A stretch of DNA of 63,452 nt, the filler included, from Chrysochromulina tobinii (taxonomy: Eukaryota): the NCBI GenBank assembly GCA_001275005.1. It is 4 parts of 4 records of this genome, joined end to end, with 100 filler letters (N's around TTAATTAATTAA, not from the genome) between each part and the next. Parts side by side here need not be neighbours in the genome. Positions count along the whole stretch, not along the records: positions 48,574 to 63,452 come from JWZX01001361.1; 3 more parts are not named here. One strand, 5' to 3'. The notes under the pieces are model-generated. The model searched no databases. It saw only the letters and a program-made list of their open reading frames with translations, and was not told the origin of the DNA. The position numbers were made by a program, and so were the translations under genes. Position 1 is the stretch's first letter. Every line of letters starts with the position of its first letter. This document shows positions 56,483 to 63,452 of the stretch, piece after piece.

Positions 56483-57529
56483 CTACGCTCCTGCGATGCC
56501 GCCAACACCATCCTCACCATTAGCACCGCCATTCTCTGCATTCCAGCGCAGCACCACGAGGTAGAACTGCTCGTCAAGGAAGCGCCCAATCTCGTCCGCG
56601 CCCTGGCCCATAAAGGAGGGAGTCACCACGAGCATGCCGAGCTCGGCGGCCACCTCGCCCAGCACGGCGAGCGACGGCATCTCCGAGAGCACGGTCATAG
56701 GGTTCTCCTTCTTCTCGCGCCGCACAAACTCCGCGCCCGAGATGTGCGCGATCACGATGCGAGAATCGGCGGTCTTCGCGAGTAGCCTCGAGGCTCGTGC
56801 CAGGACAGCGCGTAGGTTGGCGAAGAACTGGAGCGAGCCGTTGAGGATCGCGTCATAGGATCCCGCCGCGTCCGCCTCGTCGGCCACCGCTCCAAAGCTC
56901 TTGTCCTCAAAGGAGGCACCGCTCCATTTGGGGTCGGCGTGCGCACTCCTCGCCATATCGATCATGCGCGAAGAGAGGTCGATGCCGCGGTAGGCGGCGG
57001 GCGGGCAGCCCACCGCGATCGCAAACGGAAGCAGCAGGCCATTGCCGCATCCGACGTCAAGGAATCGCTTCGGTGACGGCCCGACGCCATCATAGGCGGC
57101 GCGTGCGATTGCAGTGAGGCGCTTCTGCGCTTCGATGGTCGGCGTTGTCTCGTGCGTCACTGGCAGGAACGCTGCAATCGCGTCCCACGTGAGCTCGACG
57201 AGCGCCGCGTGTGCATCTGGCCGCAACGGGTCCGTCTTGAGCGCATCATACAGCTCGGGCATGGCCTCCTCGAGGTAGGCGAGCGAGTAGCCGATGTAGC
57301 TCGTCCGTGCCTTCTCTACATCGCCATTGCACTCCGCGAGCAATGCCGCCGCGTCCTCGTCAAGGTCCGAGGCGCCTTGGACGTAACGTGCGCAGGGATC
57401 CGCAGTCCTCCTGTGGCGCAATATGGCGCTCGGAGAGGATAGCAGAATTGCGGCAGCCCTCGGAGAGGATAGCAGAGCAGCGGTAGCCCACGGATGCACG
57501 GGCAGCAGAACGAGCAGCGCCCGAAACAT
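56483..57529 (-). CDS. Class I SAM-dependent methyltransferase with N-terminal signal/transit peptide
   Basis: FLDVGCGNG, YRGIDLSSRMI, SYDAILNGSLQFF. Confidence 0.85.
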   Translation of the reverse strand: MFRALLVLLPVHPWATAALLSSPRAAAILLSSPSAILRHRRTADPCARYVQGASDLDEDAAALLAECNGDVEKARTSYIGYSLAYLEEAMPELYDALKTDPLRPDAHAALVELTWDAIAAFLPVTHETTPTIEAQKRLTAIARAAYDGVGPSPKRFLDVGCGNGLLLPFAIAVGCPPAAYRGIDLSSRMIDMARSAHADPKWSGASFEDKSFGAVADEADAAGSYDAILNGSLQFFANLRAVLARASRLLAKTADSRIVIAHISGAEFVRREKKENPMTVLSEMPSLAVLGEVAAELGMLVVTPSFMGQGADEIGRFLDEQFYLVVLRWNAENGGANGEDGVGGIAGA

Positions 57530-57787
57530 GCCGTGCTGGGGGGTTGATCGGGCGTACGGACGGCGGCGTGCGCCGGCGGCCGATTCGGGAGAGGCCCGGA
57601 GGTGACGGGGCCCGGCGAGCTCGAAAGAAGTCCGAACTCGGGACCGTAATGCCGAGTGACAAAACCTCAATCACCACTTTCGCGACCAAGATGTGCTATA
57701 GTGCGACTTCCAGTCGATACATGTATTCATACTGTCCGAGGTGTCGATGGCTTTCTTCTCAGGTGAGAATGACTGTCATCTTCGACG

Positions 57788-60700
57788 ATGCGCTTAAGAC
57801 CCTTCGCCCTGCTTAGTCTCCTCATGCTGGCCAGCTGCGCGCTGGGCGGAGCGAAGTTAAGCGGCGCCCACGCTATGAAATTCCACGTCGCGCCGTTACA
57901 GTGCTACACCAACAGGCACCTGCGTGCCTTTTTGCGGTTCCTGTCACACGATGCGGTGCTATGGACGGAGATGGAGAAGGCCGAGGATCTCGCGAGCCTC
58001 AGCCAGCAAGCGCTTGCGCGTCGGCTGAGGCATATTGACGACGTGGGCGGTGGCACCTCGGTGCTTCAGCTCGGAGGCAGCCATATGGGCACGCTCTTGG
58101 TAGCGTCACGCCATGCGCGTACCTTTCGCTACTCGGAGCTGAACCTGAATGTAGGCTGTCCGTCCATAGAGACAGGAGGTGCGAGCTACGGAGCGGCACT
58201 GATGCGAGACGCGGCGCACACGCACACGCTTGCGGCAACGATGGCCGAGGCATTCGGCGCCCCGGTCTCTATCAAGTGCCGCCTCGCCGCCCATGATGCG
58301 GTGCTCGCCGATGGCAAGGTACCTATCACGCACTACGAGACGTTGGCCGCCTTTGCGGAGACCGTAACCGCGGACGGTGCGGTTGATCACCTGATCGTGC
58401 ATGCGCGGGCGGCCGTTCTCGGCGGCCTCTCACCTTCAAAGAACCGTTGCGTGCCGCCCCTCCTCCCGGAGTATGTGCATCGGCTGGCCGCCGAGTTTCC
58501 GGACGTGCGCATCACGCTCAACGGCGGCTTGGGCTGGGGCGAGAGCGAGCGAATCCTGCAAAGAGCGCGACAGGCAGGCAGCCGGCAGCCGGGCGCCATT
58601 GACGGCATCATGTGTGGGCGTGCCGTGCTTCGCTCGCCGCTCCGTCTCGTGGGTATCGATGCCGCGAACGGGTTGACTCCATTTGACATAGAGGCGCTAG
58701 GCGCGCGGTGCATTGATGCAGTTCGTCGATACCAGGCATATGCAGTACGGACGCTGGCGGCCACGGACGAGGACGTGCCTTCGATCACGGTACCATTGCT
58801 CCTGCTTCTCGAGGAGCTCCGCGAGGCTGCCGCTGAGGGGGCTGAGGCTGCCGCTGAGGGGGCTGAGGGGATGGTGGCGGACGAGTCGGACGCATTGGGC
58901 GAGACCCACTTCGAGACCCACTTAGAGAAGCGAGCTCACTGGTCGTTGCCCGAGACGACGCTCGTGTGCGTGTTCATCGCGGTGTGGGAGGCGACCGTCG
59001 CGATCCTCGAGGCTACCGGCCGCGGCGGCAAGGGCGCGCGCTCCTCTCGCGCAACCGCTCCAAATGAAAGCGCAGCCCTCGACGAGCTTTCGTTCCGTCA
59101 GCTTGCCAATCTCATCGCCCAAGCCACCGGCAAGCAGGTGGCCAATAAGGTCGTGCGCAACCGCAAGGAGGACATCGGATCGGCGGCAGCGGCAGCGGTG
59201 CCCAAAGGCACGGCTGGCCTTGGGCGCCGTGATGGGCGCCGAGTGTCGACCTTCGTAGCCATGCAAGTGCGTAGCCGCGGTCGCCGAGTGACCATGCAGG
59301 TGGGCATGAGCGGCGGTGACCTCGAGGACGGTCGCGACGCCGCGCGGAACGCCCAGGTGCAAGCGCTCAAGAAGCTCCTGTACCAGCCGAGTGCGCCCAA
59401 GTCCGCGGAGGCAGCCGTCGCGGATGTCGGGCGGCGCGCAGGCGACGACGAGGGCGCAGCGGCAGCGGGTCTGCTGCGCAATGTGCCCCTTGCGCGCTTT
59501 CAGATGGTTCTGCTGCCGCACCAGCAGGCGGCCTTCAACATCTTCCAGCCTCAGCTGCTCCACTGCTTCGAGACGCTGCTCGCGACGGCGCCTCCCTGGC
59601 GCTACGTGCATGTGCTGCTGCCAGGCGGCGCTGACAACCTCGCCAATCCCGCGTACGCTCTCCCCGGGCTGGCTGATGGGAGCGGTGTGGAGGAGGGCGC
59701 GGAGGAGGGCGGTGAGGGCAAGGGCGATGAGGGCGGCGGCGGTGCGCCGGGCCCCCTGGCCACACTGTCAGGCACCCTGATGGAGATCGTCTGGTGGTCG
59801 CGGCTACCCGACGCCACTCTCTCCCTCGTGTGTCAGGGCCTTAGTCGCGCTGTGGTACTGCGCGGCACGCAGGACATACCGTACGCACGCGCCGATGTGC
59901 TCTTGCTTCCCGACGCCGAGCAGATCGCAGCCTCGGCGCGCTCGCTCCCAGGGAAGCAGGCGCGCCCTTGGACGGGAGCGAGCAGCGTGCGCGGCATACG
60001 AGGCATCCGTTGGATTGGGGCACCGATCGGACCGGTAGGGGCACCGATCGGACCGGTTGCCAACGAGATTGTGCAGCAGAGCCGCAACGAGACCGGCGCC
60101 ACGTCGGGCTCCGCTGACCGCGCAGGCGCTTCGGCGGCCCTCGTGGCAGCACACGGCGCCGTGTTGGCGCGAGCCATAGCCGAAGATGTATGCTGGCGCC
60201 CATTTGAATTCGCGCCCGTCACGGCGCCCGTCCGCCTCGACCGCCTTGTGCCGGGCCTTGCCGCGTTTGCCTCCTTCGCGCCGGCCGCTGCGGCCGCTGC
60301 GGCCGCGTGTGCAAGTGCTGCCGCGTTGACGAAGACCGAGGCAGGCACAGCAACAGGCGCCGCCACCACTGCGCTGGCGGCCGATGCAGCACGGGGCGGC
60401 GTGCAGTGGCGGCTAGTGAGGGCGGTGCTGGCGCAGGGGGACGAGCTGGCGGCGGCCGAGCCGACCGAGGCGGACGATGCCGAGGCGCTCGCGCTCGTCG
60501 AAGACGAGCTGTGGATCGAACTTGATGCGTTCCTGCGTGCGCTCGCCATGCAGCGCGGCGGCAGCCTGCCTGCGCCCGCACAGATCCTCGCGCTCCTGCC
60601 ACCGTCGCCCCGTGCCTGGCCCGCGGACTTCGTGCTTTCCCGGGTCGCCGAGGCGTTGAGAGAGAAGACCGAGGCGTTCGGTGTGGACCTCACGGAACCT

Positions 60701-60904
60701 TTTGTACCGTGCGATTCCAAGCTCTACACGGCACGGCGCCGGCAGCAGAGGCTCTCGTTCTGCGTCTGGGCCGTCATTTCGCAAGACTCGGGCCAGCTGT
60801 TGCGTGCGCTCGAGGCGTTCAGCACGCGAGAACGGCTCCAGCTGGCGAGCCAACGGCTGCGAGTGCTGCGGCAAGAGCTCGAGGGTAGCTCGGCGGCTGA
60901 CTGA
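57788..60904 (+). CDS. DusA-like tRNA-dihydrouridine synthase in frame with a LON N-terminal substrate-binding-like domain
   Basis: VAPL, LQLGGS, NLNVGCPS, YGAALM, SIKCR, IVHAR, NGG, GIMCGR; then VLLPHQQAAFNIFQP...VCQGLSR...LEAFSTRERL. Confidence 0.8.
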   Translation: MRLRPFALLSLLMLASCALGGAKLSGAHAMKFHVAPLQCYTNRHLRAFLRFLSHDAVLWTEMEKAEDLASLSQQALARRLRHIDDVGGGTSVLQLGGSHMGTLLVASRHARTFRYSELNLNVGCPSIETGGASYGAALMRDAAHTHTLAATMAEAFGAPVSIKCRLAAHDAVLADGKVPITHYETLAAFAETVTADGAVDHLIVHARAAVLGGLSPSKNRCVPPLLPEYVHRLAAEFPDVRITLNGGLGWGESERILQRARQAGSRQPGAIDGIMCGRAVLRSPLRLVGIDAANGLTPFDIEALGARCIDAVRRYQAYAVRTLAATDEDVPSITVPLLLLLEELREAAAEGAEAAAEGAEGMVADESDALGETHFETHLEKRAHWSLPETTLVCVFIAVWEATVAILEATGRGGKGARSSRATAPNESAALDELSFRQLANLIAQATGKQVANKVVRNRKEDIGSAAAAAVPKGTAGLGRRDGRRVSTFVAMQVRSRGRRVTMQVGMSGGDLEDGRDAARNAQVQALKKLLYQPSAPKSAEAAVADVGRRAGDDEGAAAAGLLRNVPLARFQMVLLPHQQAAFNIFQPQLLHCFETLLATAPPWRYVHVLLPGGADNLANPAYALPGLADGSGVEEGAEEGGEGKGDEGGGGAPGPLATLSGTLMEIVWWSRLPDATLSLVCQGLSRAVVLRGTQDIPYARADVLLLPDAEQIAASARSLPGKQARPWTGASSVRGIRGIRWIGAPIGPVGAPIGPVANEIVQQSRNETGATSGSADRAGASAALVAAHGAVLARAIAEDVCWRPFEFAPVTAPVRLDRLVPGLAAFASFAPAAAAAAAACASAAALTKTEAGTATGAATTALAADAARGGVQWRLVRAVLAQGDELAAAEPTEADDAEALALVEDELWIELDAFLRALAMQRGGSLPAPAQILALLPPSPRAWPADFVLSRVAEALREKTEAFGVDLTEPFVPCDSKLYTARRRQQRLSFCVWAVISQDSGQLLRALEAFSTRERLQLASQRLRVLRQELEGSSAAD

Positions 60905-61977
60905 CCCTACACCCTTGCCGTGCGGGATATGTTTTCCAAATTCGGCTCTCTCCGACTCGGGAGCATAAGGCAGAAGCGAATAATTGCGCTCTCCAAATCG
61001 GTCTGAGGCAAAACCAAAAGTCAGCCGTATACTCGCGGCCGGTAAACATATTGAATTATTGATAACCCATCGGGGGGACCCGCGATGACGATCCGAAGAA
61101 AATCGGCGTCGGTGACTCGAGTCGGAACAAATAAACTAAAAAGCACACGGATATCCGAGATTCAGATTGCACGGATGTTCGATATATATTACATCTCGTA
61201 TAGCCACGCAAACCCTCGGCCAACTGCCAACGTACAACGACCACGGCACGGCGGCCCACAATAGGGAGGCCCCCAGCCCCGCCACAGTGAGAGCCGCAAA
61301 CGGCCCCCGTCTCCGCCTTCCATTACGTCCTCGGTATACGTAAAGCAAAATGGATATGAATTTAAGAATTACACATGTGAGTGTATTTAACCATTGCGCA
61401 TTGGCTGTGAAATGGATGAAGCGACTGTTGCCGCTTGACCCCAACAGTTAAGCGGCCGTGAACTCAACGTGTGATGAGACTGTTGGCAGAGCTACCACAG
61501 GGGCCCAACCAGGGGGAAGGGGTATTGGGCATATGGGGGCCGTGCGGACGCATACCGGGAGGTTTGCTGCTCACGTTTCGGACTCAAGGGAGTCTCGAAA
61601 CGGTTTGATGCGCATCCCGATTTAATTCCAACGGCTGGCACGGACTGGGTGCATACACCTCGTGCGGCGAGATTCGCAACGATGGTGAGTCTCTGGTTTA
61701 GCTCTCAGTCGAGAGCGGAGTGGTCCCGCCCACCCACCGCGATGTAAGCCTGGTCTAGCTTTAGCAGGGACCGGGTTGTCGCGCTCACCAGGCTGCTTGT
61801 GTAGCTCTGATGAACAGCAATTCAAGTCAAACACGCGACCAAGTTTACACAGCAGGTCTTTTTTCGCTCTCTCTTATTTCCATGCACACGGACGTCCATC
61901 CGATGATGACCCGCCGCGGATTGCGCGCGCTGCGTAACATTACTCATGAGAGCGAGAGCAACTTTTCGCTCGCCACG

Positions 61978-63452
61978 ATGAGGCTCGAGGGCGAGTTCTC
62001 CCGGCGCATCGGGCTGACGCCGCTCCGTGCGCTGTGGCGGCGGGTGCGCTTTGGCACGCACAACGGACCGCGCGCACACCCGCTGCTGGAGCAGCTCGAC
62101 GCGAGTCTGCTCGAGCACCTGCTTGCGATGCTTCCAGCCGTTCGTGACATCCTCGCCCTTGGCGCGTGCTGCCACCACTTTAAGCGGTGCGTGCGCGACG
62201 CGGCTCTTGCCTGGGAGGCCGTCGCCGACATCGAGGGCGTGGTGGGCCTTCGCACGCCGCGGCGCTGGCCGCTCAGCCTACCGTCCGCACGGGCGCGGCG
62301 CGCCCGCGCGGCGCTGCAGCTCAGCCGGCGATGGCGCGCGGGTCCGATTGCGCCCCGTGGCACGCTACGCGGGCACAAGCAATGGGTGGTGTCCCTCGCG
62401 GCGGCCGAGGCCTCGGGTTGGGTGGTGTCCGGCTCGGACGATGGCTCGATCCGGCTGTGGGACAGCGTGTCGGGGCGGTGTCGGGCGGTGGTGCCTGAGG
62501 CGCACTGCATGCCGGTCGTGGCCCTTGCAGCCCACTCGCCGCTCCCCACTGGCGGGGGCGGCGGCGATGTGGTCACGTGGGTGGCGAGCTCGTCGGGCGA
62601 ACCGATGATCTCGTTGTGGGCGCTGCACAGCGGCGGCACGGCGGGCGGCGCGGCTGCGGCCGCATCCACCTCCGCCTCGCTCGCCGCCGCCTTCGTCAGC
62701 GGCGACCGTGCGCCGACGGCCTTACCGGCGGCGTTGAGCCTATCCGGCTCGCTGATCGCGCACACGGACACGGTCTGGTCGGTGACGTGGCTGCCGGGCG
62801 GCCTGATCGCGAGCGCGAGCGGCGACCGCACCATCCGCATCTGGGATGCGGCGCGCGTGATGCACGAGGCCGACGAAAAGGCACCTGCCGCCGGCCGCTC
62901 GCGAGCGACGCAGGGTCACCAGGCACTCGTTCGTGCCATGGCGGCCGAGCCCGAAGGCAAGAGCTGGCCCTCGATCGTGCCTCGATCGGATGAGGCTCCT
63001 GGAGGGCGCGGCGCCGTCGTGGGCGCGACCGGCGGCGGTGGCGGCGTTCGAGCGGCGTTTGAGCGGGCGGCGGCCGCTTCAAGGGTCAGCGTGGAAGACG
63101 AGGCTGTCAGCGGCAGAGGCGCCGTCGTTGGCGAGACCGGCGGCGGCGTGGGCGTTAGAACGGCGTTCGAGGCGCCGTCGTGGGCATTCGAGCGTGTGGC
63201 GGCCGCAGCCGCAGTCCACACGGCCGGCGAGGGCTTGGCACGCCTCGAGGTTCATCCGAGTAGCTCCGGCGGAGCCACGTTGCGCGATGCGTCCACGCAA
63301 ACGGATCTCGCCAGCGAGATCGAGGGGGCCGAGGTCGGCACGGCCCGCGTGGCACCGTCGGTGTGCTTCGAGCCCCTGTGCGTGCTCCGTGGCCATGCGC
63401 AAGGAGTCGTGGCCCTCGCTCTCCTCGATGAAGTCGGCGTAGGAGGAGTCGG
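61978..63452 (+). CDS. F-box/WD40 protein running off the window end (absent from the ORF track because it has no stop)
   Basis: My frame-1 translation gives LEQLDASLLEHLLAML..DILALGACCHHF; LRGHKQWVVSL..VSGSDDGSIRLWD; AHTDTVWSV..ASASGDRTIRIWD; LRGHAQGVVAL. Confidence 0.85.
   Translation, partial: MRLEGEFSRRIGLTPLRALWRRVRFGTHNGPRAHPLLEQLDASLLEHLLAMLPAVRDILALGACCHHFKRCVRDAALAWEAVADIEGVVGLRTPRRWPLSLPSARARRARAALQLSRRWRAGPIAPRGTLRGHKQWVVSLAAAEASGWVVSGSDDGSIRLWDSVSGRCRAVVPEAHCMPVVALAAHSPLPTGGGGGDVVTWVASSSGEPMISLWALHSGGTAGGAAAAASTSASLAAAFVSGDRAPTALPAALSLSGSLIAHTDTVWSVTWLPGGLIASASGDRTIRIWDAARVMHEADEKAPAAGRSRATQGHQALVRAMAAEPEGKSWPSIVPRSDEAPGGRGAVVGATGGGGGVRAAFERAAAASRVSVEDEAVSGRGAVVGETGGGVGVRTAFEAPSWAFERVAAAAAVHTAGEGLARLEVHPSSSGGATLRDASTQTDLASEIEGAEVGTARVAPSVCFEPLCVLRGHAQGVVALALLDEVGVGGV

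Overview
GC-rich eukaryotic microalgal DNA (inferred haptophyte, Chrysochromulina-like, from gene families, short GT-AG introns and intron motifs). The window is four contigs joined by artificial N-TTAATTAATTAA-N linkers (23561-23660, 34755-34854, 48474-48573), so gene order across those joins carries no information. About 22 protein genes are supportable; I saw no rRNA, tRNA or CRISPR array. Main observations: (1) a ~12.5 kb intronless minus-strand gene (6318-18777, one frameshift) encoding a ~4,150 aa NLR-like protein: SH3-like repeats, coiled coil, NACHT ATPase split by a RelA/SpoT-like insert, LRRs, ROC-COR GTPase, CxxC pair and a C-terminal R-S-ExE ADP-ribosyltransferase; (2) two related introns in a PPR-like gene that share a 3' arm and carry copies of their flanking exons, one holding a 40/43 copy of its own spliced junction; (3) a protein with an NLS followed by a phage tailspike-type (peptidase G2) autocleavage chaperone domain; (4) a 48-bp micro-MITE with 16-bp TIRs and a 9-bp TSD; (5) a self-complementary insertion with three stops in a GT77 glycosyltransferase. 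All domain calls come from reading motifs by eye, with no database search.
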